Shown: piece by piece, positions 21,264 through 30,024 of the stretch
Layout: the number at the start of each line of letters is the position of its first letter
How positions within the stretch are numbered: position 1 is the stretch's first letter
Source: an uncultured Gemmatimonadales bacterium
GTDB taxonomy: Bacteria > Gemmatimonadota > Gemmatimonadetes > Gemmatimonadales > Gemmatimonadaceae
Direction of reading: 5' to 3'
Length of the DNA stretch: 64,000 nucleotides
Assembly: GCA_963851265.1 (NCBI GenBank)
Contig: CAWKNZ010000004.1
Span: 1 to 64,000 of the forward strand
The notes under the pieces: generated by a model
What the model saw: only the letters and a program-made list of their open reading frames with translations
Databases searched by the model: none
Told to the model about the DNA's origin: nothing
Made by a program: the position numbers and the translations under genes

Positions 21264-21845
21264 TCAGTGCGCGGCCGCCGGAAACAGCTTCGCGTACTGC
21301 CCGTACCCTTCCGCCCGCAGCCGGTCGGCGGGGACGAACCGCATCGCCGCCGAGTTCATGCAGTAGCGCAGCCCGGTGGGCGCGGGTCCGTCGTCGAACA
21401 CGTGCCCGAGGTGCGAGTTGGCGTGGGTCGACCGGACTTCGGTGCGCTCCATGCCGAGGGTGTGGTCGTCGGCGCGCCGCACGTTGGCCGGCTCGAGCGG
21501 CCGCGTGAAGCTCGGCCACCCGGTGCCCGACTCGAATTTGTCGCGCGAGCTGAATAGCGGCTCGCCGCTCACCACGTCGACGTAGATGCCGTCGCGGTGG
21601 TTGTCCCAGTACTCGTTGCGGAACGGCGGCTCGGTCTCGCTCTGCTGCGTGACCGCGTACTGCAGCGGCGTGAGGCGGCGGCGGAGCGCGGCGCTGTCGC
21701 GCGTCCCGCCGTCCCGCGCGCCGGCGGTCGCCACGGCGGTACGAAGGTCCGCCCGCCGCGCCGGCGCCGGTTGGGCACCGGCCGCCGCGGCCGCGAGTCC
21801 CGCCGCGAGCGCGAACGAGGCTCTGGTCATGGTGAACGATCGCAT
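21264..21845 (-). CDS. msrB: Peptide-methionine (R)-S-oxide reductase with N-terminal signal peptide
   Basis: [30 protein letters not shown]; Ala-rich signal-like N-terminus; no Zn CxxC pairs. Confidence 0.93.
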   Translation of the reverse strand: MRSFTMTRASFALAAGLAAAAAGAQPAPARRADLRTAVATAGARDGGTRDSAALRRRLTPLQYAVTQQSETEPPFRNEYWDNHRDGIYVDVVSGEPLFSSRDKFESGTGWPSFTRPLEPANVRRADDHTLGMERTEVRSTHANSHLGHVFDDGPAPTGLRYCMNSAAMRFVPADRLRAEGYGQYAKLFPAAAH

Positions 21846-21880
21846 CGGCCGTGTGCTCCCGGAAAAAGGCGCCAGCGCGA

Positions 21881-22495
21881 TTACATCGCGGGCATGAGGA
21901 CCTTGTCGACGACGTGGATCACGCCGTTGGACTGCCGCACGTCATACGTCGAGATCTCGGCCACGTTCCCCTGCGCGTCCTTGAGGACGACGTTGCGCGG
22001 GCCGTTCATCATCGCGGTGAGCGTGCCGCCGCTGACCGTCTTGAGCGTGGCCGTGCCGCCGCCGGCGCGGATCGCGCTCATGATCGCGGCCGCGTCCATG
22101 TTGCCCGCCACCACGTGGTAGGTGAGAATCTTGGTCAGCGCGGCCTTGTTCTCGGGCTTGAGCAGGTTGTCGACCGTGCCGGCCGGCAGCACCGCGAACG
22201 CCTCGTTGGTCGGCGCGAAGACGGTGAACGGGCCCTTGCCCTTCAGCGTCTCGACGAGCCCCGCGGCCTTGACGGCGGCGACGAGCGTCGTGTGGTCGGC
22301 CGAGTTGACGGCGTTGTCGACGATGTCCTTGTTGGGGTACATCGCCTGGCCGCCGACCATCACGGTGCCGGGCGTCATGCGCGCGGCGCCTTCCATGTGG
22401 CCCTGCTGCATCTGGGCGGCGAGCGGCGCGACGGCGGCACCGGTGCTGAGGGCGGCGACGACGACGGCGTTGGCGAGAATCGACTTGAGCTGCAT
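21881..22495 (-). CDS. Secreted fasciclin (FAS1) domain protein (MPT70/83-like)
   Basis: Signal peptide; [28 protein letters not shown]. Confidence 0.92.
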   Translation of the reverse strand: MQLKSILANAVVVAALSTGAAVAPLAAQMQQGHMEGAARMTPGTVMVGGQAMYPNKDIVDNAVNSADHTTLVAAVKAAGLVETLKGKGPFTVFAPTNEAFAVLPAGTVDNLLKPENKAALTKILTYHVVAGNMDAAAIMSAIRAGGGTATLKTVSGGTLTAMMNGPRNVVLKDAQGNVAEISTYDVRQSNGVIHVVDKVLMPAM

Positions 22496-22554
22496 GCGAG
22501 CGTCCTGGTGAGAGCGTGAAGGTTGAAGCCCATCGCTGCCGGGCTCACCAGGGC

Positions 22555-22580
22555 TACGCCGCACGCGGGCAACTGGATTG
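22555..22580 (-). promoter_or_regulatory. Putative ECF (SigK-type) promoter CAATCC-N15-GCGTA upstream of fasciclin-msrB-sigma-antisigma
   Basis: Minus strand reads CAATCC agttgcccgcgtgcg GCGTA about 60 bp before fasciclin ATG; resembles mycobacterial SigK consensus CCATCC-N15-CCGAA. Confidence 0.55.
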
Positions 22581-22588
22581 GTGCCGCG

Positions 22589-23005
22589 TCACCCGGGGGG
22601 GTGCGGCCGCTCGCTCATGAGGCCCACGAGGTTGCCCTCGCTGTCGCGGATGAAGCCCATCCACAGCTCGTGGTCGGGCATGCGCGCGATCATGTGCGGC
22701 GCCCCCGCCGGCGCGGCGCCGCGCGCGACCACCGCCGCGTAGGTCGCGTCGAGGTCCGCGGTGCGGTAATAGAGGACCGACGTGCCGGGCGCCGGGCTGC
22801 CGTCGGCCGGCGTCTCGGCGGGCGTGAGCATCAGGCGCACGCCGCCCGCGTCGAAGAAGGCGAGCGCCGGTGCGCCGTCGGGGCCGGGCGCGGCGAAGAG
22901 GAATGGCAGGCCGAGCACGTCGCGGTAGAACGCCGTGGCGCGCGCGACGTCGGCGGCGACGACCGCGATCTGGCCGATGCCGGAGAGCGATGGGGTGGCG
23001 GGCAT
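22589..23005 (-). CDS. VOC/glyoxalase family protein
   Basis: IGQIAV...ATAFYRDVLGL, LAFFDAGGVRLML, FIRDSEGNLVGLMSE. Confidence 0.87.
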   Translation of the reverse strand: MPATPSLSGIGQIAVVAADVARATAFYRDVLGLPFLFAAPGPDGAPALAFFDAGGVRLMLTPAETPADGSPAPGTSVLYYRTADLDATYAAVVARGAAPAGAPHMIARMPDHELWMGFIRDSEGNLVGLMSERPHPPG

Positions 23006-23054
23006 GAGGGCGTTGGGCAGGTCGGGTACGCGAGCAGTCGCCCCGGTGATGCGA

Positions 23055-23570
23055 CTAGTACGGCCCAGCCGGGCCCCGCGCTAGCGCCCGCGCGCGCCCG
23101 CGCGCGCCCGCTGTCCCCTCGCGCGCCGTCACCCCGCCCAACAGCAGGAAGCCCACGCCCCCGACCGCCAGAAACAGCCAGTCGTAGAGCGGCACGTGCG
23201 CCGGCACGTCCACCACGTGGTGCAGTTGCAGCAGGTGGTGGTCGATCACCCCCTCGACGAGGTTGAACAGCCCCCAGCCCGCGAGCAGCTGTCCGGCGAA
23301 GCGGCGGCCGTTGGGCGTGGCGCCCCGCCGGCCGGCCGCCCACAGCGTCACCACGCCCGCGACGACGATCGCCCACGAGCCGGCGTCGAAGAACCCGTCG
23401 GCGGTCATGTTCTCGCGCATGGCCGCCATCGACGTGGGCGGGATGCGCGCCGAGAGCATGTTGTGCCACTGCAGGATCTGGTGCAGCAGCCACCCGTCGA
23501 CGAGTCCGCCGAGCCCGACCCCGAGGACGAGGCCGGGCGCGGCGGCGCCGCCGGAGCGGCGGTCGGTCAT
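23055..23570 (-). CDS. DUF2243 membrane protein
   Basis: GLGGLVDGWLLHQILQWHNM, GWGLFNLVEGVIDHHLLQLHHV; ATGA overlap with catalase gene. Confidence 0.83.
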   Translation of the reverse strand: MTDRRSGGAAAPGLVLGVGLGGLVDGWLLHQILQWHNMLSARIPPTSMAAMRENMTADGFFDAGSWAIVVAGVVTLWAAGRRGATPNGRRFAGQLLAGWGLFNLVEGVIDHHLLQLHHVVDVPAHVPLYDWLFLAVGGVGFLLLGGVTAREGTAGARGRARALARGPAGPY

Positions 23571-24448
23571 GCCTCGCCGGTGATGGCGTGCTTGATGGTG
23601 CCGAGGATGCCGGTCGCCGCCGTCATCTGCTCCTTTTGCGCGAAGGCGGCCGGGACGGGTGCGGCGAGCGTCGGCTCGCTGCCGAACGGCTTGGCCGGGC
23701 GCACGCTGTACTCGCCCTTGCCGTCGAGGGACGGGCCCTGTGTGTAGCGGCCCCGAAGCGGCTCGACGTCGTCGCCGATGCGCGTGTCGTAGAACACGTA
23801 GCTGTGCTCCTTGAGCTCCGACTCGGGCGGGTTGTCGTTCGGGATGGGGAGCTGCTGCTCGTACCCGCCGAGTTCCTCGATCACGGCGAGCCACTGCTGC
23901 TGGTGCATCGTGTCGCGCGCGATGTGGAAGGCGAGCAGGTCGCGCATCCCGGTGTCCGTGGTCATGTGCCACAGCCGCGTCGCGAGCACGCGCCCGGTCG
24001 CCTCGGCGGCGACGTTGGCGTACATGTCTGCGGCGATGTTCCCGCTCGCGTAGACGTGCGACATGTTGAACGGCACCCCGTTCGCGTTCTCACCCGTCGC
24101 CGCAAAACCGGCCGAGAGATAGTGGCGGAGATTCATCCCGCCGAGCACGCAGTTGACGGCGCCGTCCTTCGCGGCCTCCTCCTGCAGCTGGGTGGGCGCG
24201 CCCTCGAGGAGGAGCGCCACGGCGGTGGCGAGGTTCTCGACGTGCGAGATCTCCTCGGCGGCCACGGAGAGCAGCATGTCGCGGTACTTCTTGGGGCCGC
24301 GCTGCCCCCAGGCCTGAAAGAGGTACTGCATCATCACGCGGATCTCGCCCTCGACGCCGCCGATCGCCTGCTGCATGGCGCGGGCGAAGATCGGGTCGGG
24401 CCTATCGACGCGGACCTTGTACTGGAGCTTTCCGTCGGTGTAGAACAC
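23567..24448 (-). CDS. Manganese catalase family protein
   Basis: GEIRVMMQY, AEEISHVE, NVAAE, RDTMHQ; GGAGG upstream of GTG at 24448. Confidence 0.9.
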   Translation of the reverse strand: MFYTDGKLQYKVRVDRPDPIFARAMQQAIGGVEGEIRVMMQYLFQAWGQRGPKKYRDMLLSVAAEEISHVENLATAVALLLEGAPTQLQEEAAKDGAVNCVLGGMNLRHYLSAGFAATGENANGVPFNMSHVYASGNIAADMYANVAAEATGRVLATRLWHMTTDTGMRDLLAFHIARDTMHQQQWLAVIEELGGYEQQLPIPNDNPPESELKEHSYVFYDTRIGDDVEPLRGRYTQGPSLDGKGEYSVRPAKPFGSEPTLAAPVPAAFAQKEQMTAATGILGTIKHAITGEA

Positions 24449-24563
24449 GTGGACCTGCCTCCGAAGATGATGTCGACCGTGGGAGGCAGGGCGGCGGGCA
24501 AGCGCGGGGCCAGCGTGCCGACGCGTTCCGAAACGCGTTGGCACGCAAGAGCCCGCCCGCGGG

Positions 24564-24953
24564 TCAGGCGGACCGGCTGGCCGCGCGCCTGGCGCCCTTG
24601 GCCGCGGTCTTGGCGGCGCCCTTGGCGGCCGTCTTGGACCCGCCCTTGGCGGCGGCCTTCGTCGCCGACTTCCCGGCGGTCTTCGCGGCACCCTTGGCCG
24701 CGGACTTGGCGGCCGTCTTGGCCGCGCCCTTCGCGGCGCCCTTCGCCGGCGCCTTGGCGGCGGGGCGCGACTCGGGGGCGAGACCGGGGTTGGCGCGCCG
24801 GTGCTTGCGGAGCTCGCCGATGAGCCGGTCGAGCACGGCGGCGGTGCCCTCGCCGCCGGCGCGCTCGCGGGCCATGAACTCGGCGGCGGTCTTGCTGATC
24901 CAGACCGTGGTCTGGTCGGCGCGGTACTTGGAGTAGCGGTCGGCGCTCGGCAT
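24564..24953 (-). CDS. Small basic protein: putative ribbon-helix-helix domain + histone H1-like (xAAK)n tail
   Basis: TTVWISKTAAEFMARERAGGEGTAAVLDRLIGEL has beta-alpha-turn-alpha RHH pattern; C-terminal Lys/Ala 4-mer repeats; GGGAG RBS. Confidence 0.75.
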   Translation of the reverse strand: MPSADRYSKYRADQTTVWISKTAAEFMARERAGGEGTAAVLDRLIGELRKHRRANPGLAPESRPAAKAPAKGAAKGAAKTAAKSAAKGAAKTAGKSATKAAAKGGSKTAAKGAAKTAAKGARRAASRSA

Positions 24954-24977
24954 GGCGGGCTCCCGGGTGTGGGGTCA

Positions 24978-25119
24978 CGTTAGGACCAACTCATTAGGAA
25001 TATTCCTAACGTCGGCAAACTGTGCGTATGGGGCGCAATCCGCAACCATAGCCTAACAAACGCGCCCAACGCGGCGCCCCGGCGCCCGCCCAACGGGCGC
25101 CCAACGGCCCCGCCCAACG
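24978..25119. promoter_or_regulatory. Operator-like array: 16-bp palindrome TTAGGAATATTCCTAA plus repeated CC(T/C)AAC boxes
   Basis: CGTTAGGA 24978; palindrome 24994-25009; GCCTAAC 25051; GCCCAACG at 25064, 25088, 25099, 25112; AT-rich relative to flanks. Confidence 0.7.
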
Positions 25120-25264
25120 GGCGCGCGCCCGAACACGGACCGAAGGGGGAGGGCGGCCGGCGACCCCCGCGGGGGTCGCGCGCCGACGACGCTCCAGCGG
25201 CGCGCCTACACCCCGCCGGGCGCGCGCCTACAGCCCGCGCGCCGGCCCGCCGACACTCCCGGCG

Positions 25265-25426
25265 ATGACCAAACTCCTCGGGTCGGTCGGCGCGTTCGCC
25301 GGCAGCAGCGCCGGCTGGGCCGCCGGCGAGGGCGCGGGCATCTTCACCGCGTTCGTCCTCAGCGTCGTCGGCACCGGCGTCGGGCTCTACCTCGGCCGGC
25401 GCGTCGCCCGCCACCTCGGGCTCTAG
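25265..25426 (+). CDS. 53-aa Gly-rich small membrane protein
   Basis: MTKLLGSVGAFAGSSAGWAAGEGAGIFTAFVLSVVGTGVGLYLGRRVARHLGL; GC3-rich codons; below ORF-track cutoff. Confidence 0.7.
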   Translation: MTKLLGSVGAFAGSSAGWAAGEGAGIFTAFVLSVVGTGVGLYLGRRVARHLGL

Positions 25427-25446
25427 GCCGCGGCCGGGCGGCGCCG

Positions 25447-25506
25447 GGGCGCACGACGAGACGGGGGCCCCCACGCGCGTGGGGGCCCCCGTCTCGTCGT
25501 GCGCCC
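25447..25506. terminator. Perfect 60-bp palindrome between convergent genes (possible bidirectional terminator)
   Basis: GGGCGCACGACGAGACGGGGGCCCCCACGC|GCGTGGGGGCCCCCGTCTCGTCGTGCGCCC. Confidence 0.65.
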
Positions 25507-25553
25507 GGTCGGGACCGCGCTGTAGCGCTACAGCGCCACAGCGCCCGCCCGCG

Positions 25554-26903
25554 CTAGACCGCTTCCGACAGGCTCGTGAAGTCGAAGTCCCGCACCCGCA
25601 GACTCGGCATCACCACGTCCCCGCCCTGCTCCGTACCCGCGAGCCGCTCGGCGCGCCCGAGCGCGTCGAGGTTGTTGAGCATGAAGAGCGGGCTCTCGTT
25701 GAAGCGGAAGTTGCGCAGCGCCTTCGTGACCTTGCCGTTCTCGACGAGGAAGGTGCCGTCGCGCGTGAGGCCCGTGTAGAGGATCGTGCGCGGGTCGACC
25801 TCGCGCAGGTACCAGAGCCGCGTGACGAGCACGCCGCGCGCGGTGCCCCTGACCAGTTCGTCCAGGGACTGCGTGCCGCCGGCCATCTTCAGCGAGCCCG
25901 GGGCGCCCGTCGCGGACTTGCCCTGCTTCTTGGCCCAGAAGCGCGAATAATAGAGCTGCTTGAGCACGCCGTTCTCGATCCACACCTGGCGGCCCAACGG
26001 CAACCCGTCGCCGTCCCAGGGGCGCGCGAGGAGCTGCGGGTCGGCCGGGTCGGAAAAGAGCGTCACGCGCTCGTCGGCGACCTTCTGCCCGATCTTGTTG
26101 CCGCCGCCCTGCTTCACGAACGGGCTGCGCCCCTCGTCGGCCTCGCGGGCGCCGGCGTAGTTGCCGACGAGTTGCACGAGGTCGCCCACCGCCTGCGGTT
26201 CGAGGATCACGGTGTAGCGCCCCGGCTCGATCGCGACCGGGTTCCGCGACAGGCGCGCCTTGGTCGTCGCCCGCTCGGCGATCGCGGCCACGTCCACCTG
26301 CGACCAGTCGGGGTGGTCGGCCGCGGCCCAGCCGGAGCCGGTGCCGTCGGTGCTGCGCACGGTGAGCGTGTAGTTGCTGCCCGTGCGCCGGTCGTAGGCG
26401 AAGAGGCCGGCCTTGTTGCCTAACGCGGACGCGCTCACCCCGGTCTCGAGGAAGCCGGCCGCGACGAGGTCGCCCGAGCCGCGGGTGAGCTTGAGCGCGG
26501 CGAGCGCGGCGCGCGCGCGGTCCTCGGGGGTGAGCGCGGCGGTGCTCTCGAAGTACGCGTTCACGGGCGCGTACTGCTGCTGCGGCAGCGCCGGCATGGC
26601 CTCCGGGTCGTCGGGCGCGAGCCGCGCGACGCGCTCGCTCTGCTCGACCGCCCGCCGGATCGACTCGTCCGAGAGGTCGTTGGTCGTGACGACGGCGTGC
26701 TTGGGGCCGAAGCTCGACTGCACGCCGAGCTGCGCGTCGGTGCGCGCGCCCGACGTCGACATCTGGTTGGCCGCGAAGCGGACGTTCCCGCTGTAGCTCG
26801 AGTTGAGCTGCACCTCGATGCCGTCGGCCTTGCTCAGGGCGACGGCTTTGGCGACGATCGCCTGCGCCTCGTCGCGGGTGAGGATTCCCTGTTGCGCGGC
26901 CAT
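25554..26903 (-). CDS. TldD/PmbA family protein, PmbA/TldE-like non-catalytic partner
   Basis: RFAAN, EPGRYTVILEP, TRLWYLR, TGLTRDGTF, FRFNESP; no HExxxH, no signal peptide. Confidence 0.85.
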   Translation of the reverse strand: MAAQQGILTRDEAQAIVAKAVALSKADGIEVQLNSSYSGNVRFAANQMSTSGARTDAQLGVQSSFGPKHAVVTTNDLSDESIRRAVEQSERVARLAPDDPEAMPALPQQQYAPVNAYFESTAALTPEDRARAALAALKLTRGSGDLVAAGFLETGVSASALGNKAGLFAYDRRTGSNYTLTVRSTDGTGSGWAAADHPDWSQVDVAAIAERATTKARLSRNPVAIEPGRYTVILEPQAVGDLVQLVGNYAGAREADEGRSPFVKQGGGNKIGQKVADERVTLFSDPADPQLLARPWDGDGLPLGRQVWIENGVLKQLYYSRFWAKKQGKSATGAPGSLKMAGGTQSLDELVRGTARGVLVTRLWYLREVDPRTILYTGLTRDGTFLVENGKVTKALRNFRFNESPLFMLNNLDALGRAERLAGTEQGGDVVMPSLRVRDFDFTSLSEAV

Positions 26904-28543
26904 CACGCCTTCCTCCCCGTGTTGATGACGTTGACGTTGCGGAAGCGCGCGGCGGGCGCGCCGTGGCTCACCGCGTTCACCTGCGCGGGCTGCCCCTTGC
27001 CGTCGAAGAAGGAGCCGTTGAGCTGGTAGGAGCGCTTCCCGCCGATCATGTCCATGGAGTTCCAGAAGTCGGGCGTGCGGATCTGGTAGGCGACGTCCTT
27101 GAGCATCCCGACCACCTTGCCGCCCTTGATCTCGTAGAAAGTCTGGCCGCCGAACTGCGCGTTGTAGCGCTGCTGGTCGATGCTGAAGCTGCCGTCGCCG
27201 ACGATGAGGATGCCGCGGTCGGTGCCGGCGACGAGGTCGTCGCGCGTGAGGTCCTTCTCGCCGGGGAGCAGGCTCACGTTGGGCATGCGTTGGAACTGCA
27301 CGTTGTCCCACCCCTGCGCGTACGAGCAGCCGTGGCTCCGCACGGGGCGCCCCTCCTTGTCGTACCACCAGCGCAGCCACGGCGCCTGCTCGCGCGTGGT
27401 CTGGTACTCGTTCAGCACGCCGTTCTTGACGATGAGGAAGGTGTCGGGCTTCACGCCGTCGTCATCGTACCCGATGGTCGAGAGGCCGCCGGGCTGCTCG
27501 CGGTCGCCCTGGATGTTCATGAGCGGCTGCCCGTATTTCAGCTGGCCAAGCATCTTCTCGGGGGGCGCGACGAAGCTGGTGCCGGCGTAGTTGGCTTCGT
27601 AGCCCATCGCGCGGTCCAGCTCCGTCGGGTGCCCGATGCTCTCGTGGATGGTGAGCCAGATGTTGCTCGGATCGAGCACGAGGTCGTAGCGCCCAACGTC
27701 GACGGGCTTGGCGCCGAGCTTGGCGGCGGCGTCCTCGCCCCAGCTCGCGGCGTGGCCCGCGAGGTCGTTGGCCTCGACGTACTCCCACCCGCGGCCCGCA
27801 GGCGCGACCACGTTGCCGCGCGTCTGGAAATCGGTGAACGTGGCGTTGACGGCCGTGATCTGCATCAACGGCCACGAGCGGATCACGTCCTGGCGGATGG
27901 TCGAGCCGTCGGTGTTGGCGTAGTTGCGCTCGTCCTTGACGAAAAAGAGGCCGGAGAAGACGAATTTCACGTTCTTCGCCTTGAGCGCCTCCTTGTTGGC
28001 GCGCAGCAGCAGGTCGGCCTTCTGCTCGACCGGCACGTCCCACGGGTCCTTCTCCGCGGCGTTCTTCCACGTCACGTCGGCGTAGACGGGGCCCGGGAGC
28101 CACTCGACCGCCTTGTCGCGCGCGAGGCGGCTGGCCTTGCCGATCGCGACGGCCTCGCGCGCGGCCGCGGCCGCGCCGTCGGCGGTGAGGACGCGGGTGG
28201 CGGCGAAACCCCAGGTGCCGTCGACGAGGGCGCGGACGCCGATGCCGAGCGAGTCGGTGTCGACGACGTTCTGGATCTGCTGCTCGCGCGTGAAGACGAA
28301 GTTCTGCCGCTGACGGCTGATGCGCACGTCGGCGTATGTGGCACCGGCCGCCTTCGCCGCCGCGAGGGCGGTGGCCATGAGGGCCTTCGTCGCGGCCGGA
28401 TCGGCGAACGTGTCGAGGGCACGGCCGGCGGGGGCGGGGGCGGCCGAGAGCAGGCGCGGGATGCCGCCGAGGGCGCCGCCCGCGGTGGCGAGGGCGCCGA
28501 GGGCGAGGCCGCCGTGGCGGAGGAAGTCGCGTCGTGACGTCAT
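26903..28543 (-). CDS. tldD: TldD-family metalloprotease with Tat signal
   Basis: MTSRRDFLR Tat motif; GIGVRALVDGTWGFA; HESIGH; RMPNVSL; DGKGQP. Confidence 0.85.
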   Translation of the reverse strand: MTSRRDFLRHGGLALGALATAGGALGGIPRLLSAAPAPAGRALDTFADPAATKALMATALAAAKAAGATYADVRISRQRQNFVFTREQQIQNVVDTDSLGIGVRALVDGTWGFAATRVLTADGAAAAAREAVAIGKASRLARDKAVEWLPGPVYADVTWKNAAEKDPWDVPVEQKADLLLRANKEALKAKNVKFVFSGLFFVKDERNYANTDGSTIRQDVIRSWPLMQITAVNATFTDFQTRGNVVAPAGRGWEYVEANDLAGHAASWGEDAAAKLGAKPVDVGRYDLVLDPSNIWLTIHESIGHPTELDRAMGYEANYAGTSFVAPPEKMLGQLKYGQPLMNIQGDREQPGGLSTIGYDDDGVKPDTFLIVKNGVLNEYQTTREQAPWLRWWYDKEGRPVRSHGCSYAQGWDNVQFQRMPNVSLLPGEKDLTRDDLVAGTDRGILIVGDGSFSIDQQRYNAQFGGQTFYEIKGGKVVGMLKDVAYQIRTPDFWNSMDMIGGKRSYQLNGSFFDGKGQPAQVNAVSHGAPAARFRNVNVINTGRKA

Positions 28544-28665
28544 GGGTGGGGGCGAGAGGGGGTGTGTGGCATACGGGTGTGGACGGCGGGGCGTTTCGCG
28601 GGAGGACGGGCGGGGCGACGGTGGTGCGCGGCGGCGCGCGGGGCGGCGCGCGGGGCGGCGGCGCG

Positions 28666-30003
28666 TCAGGCGCGCGCGCGGAGGCGGCGGCTGGCGACCT
28701 CGGTGAGGAGGGCGCCTAACGCGACGGGGACGAGCACGTCGTCGGACACCGGTCGGCGGGCGGGGCGGGCCGGGGGCGGGGGCGCGGCGGCGGGCGACGT
28801 GGGCGGACCGAGCGCGGCGACGGTGGCGGCGAGCGGCGCGGGGTCGGCCGGAGGCGGCGCGAGCGCGGACGCGGGCGGGGTGGTGTCGGGGCGTGGCGCG
28901 CCGGTGTAGGCCGCGGCGGCGAGCACCTGCGCCCACCACGCGCGGTGGGCGGCGGGGGCCGCGTCGTCGGCGTGGAGACGACGGTGCCAGGTGGCCTCAT
29001 CGGCGATCTGGACGACACGCCCGGCGCCCACACGGCGGGCGGCGGCGACGAGGACGCGGGTGCCGGCGACGGTGCGCCACGCGAGCGGGACGGCGTCGGC
29101 GCGCGGGCGGTCGAGCGGGCGAACGGTGCCCGCACTGTCGTCGACGGGCGTGAGGGCCGGGGTGGCGGGCGCGAGGGCGGCGAGTGGCGGGACGAGCGCG
29201 GCCTCGCCGGCGAGCACGAGGCCGCCGCCGGCCCGCACGTAGCGGGCGATCGCGGGGGCGAGGGGGGCGGCGCTCGAATCGAGCGCGACCACGACGGCGA
29301 CGGTGCTCGTGTCGAGTTGCGGACCGCCGGGGGCGTTCACGACCACGTCGGGGTCGATGGCGAAGCGGGTGCGCACCGTCCAGCCGCGTTCCTCGAGCGC
29401 CGCCGCGGTGAACTTCGCCTCCCATCCGGCGCGGGCGAGGACGACGGCGGCACCGAGCCGACCGGGCGGGCGCGGAGCCGCGAGGCGGGCGGACGCGCCG
29501 GCCGCGCGAACGGTGAGGCCGGGGCCCGCGTCCGCGAGCCGGATCGTGGCACCAGCAGCGCCCGCGCGCGTGCTGTCGAGCGACCCGATCGAGTCGGCGA
29601 CTCCCACGGGCTCGGCGCCGCCCGACGGGCGCCCCGCGCCGGGCGCGAGCACGGCGTCCACGCGTACGCCGCCGGCCGGATCGGCCACGGGTTCGGCGAC
29701 CGCGGCGAGGGCGGGCGCGCGGGCCGCCTCCCACGAAATACGTGTGCCCGCGGCGGCAAGCGCGGCGAGCCAGGCGCGGGTCGTCGCGTCGGGAAGCGTG
29801 TCGAAGGCCGCGTGCGCCGCCTGGAGTGGTTGGGCGGTCCAGCGCTCGAGGGCGGCGGGCAGGGCGCGCGCGTCGGCGTGGGCGGCAGCGGGCGGTGGCG
29901 CGGGCGGCGGATGCAGGCGCTGCCACGCGGCGAACGCGAGCGCGGCGACGGCGAGGGCGCGAAGGCCGTGCTCGGCCGCGGAGCGCGAGCGCGAGGCGGT
30001 CAC
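28666..30003 (-). CDS. Hypothetical membrane-anchored protein of the MoxR/DUF4159 operon
   Basis: N- and C-terminal hydrophobic segments, WEAKFTAAALEERGW, YVRAGGGLVL (GATase-like segment); GGGA upstream of GTG. Confidence 0.65.
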   Translation of the reverse strand: MTASRSRSAAEHGLRALAVAALAFAAWQRLHPPPAPPPAAAHADARALPAALERWTAQPLQAAHAAFDTLPDATTRAWLAALAAAGTRISWEAARAPALAAVAEPVADPAGGVRVDAVLAPGAGRPSGGAEPVGVADSIGSLDSTRAGAAGATIRLADAGPGLTVRAAGASARLAAPRPPGRLGAAVVLARAGWEAKFTAAALEERGWTVRTRFAIDPDVVVNAPGGPQLDTSTVAVVVALDSSAAPLAPAIARYVRAGGGLVLAGEAALVPPLAALAPATPALTPVDDSAGTVRPLDRPRADAVPLAWRTVAGTRVLVAAARRVGAGRVVQIADEATWHRRLHADDAAPAAHRAWWAQVLAAAAYTGAPRPDTTPPASALAPPPADPAPLAATVAALGPPTSPAAAPPPPARPARRPVSDDVLVPVALGALLTEVASRRLRARA

Positions 30004-30024
30004 GGAGTTCCCACCCTCAAGGCG

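Noticed and set aside
24564..24953. RHH protein as the antitoxin of a toxin-antitoxin pair or as a plasmid partition protein
   Set aside because: No adjacent toxin, ParA or ParM gene; neighbours are Mn-catalase and a small membrane protein.
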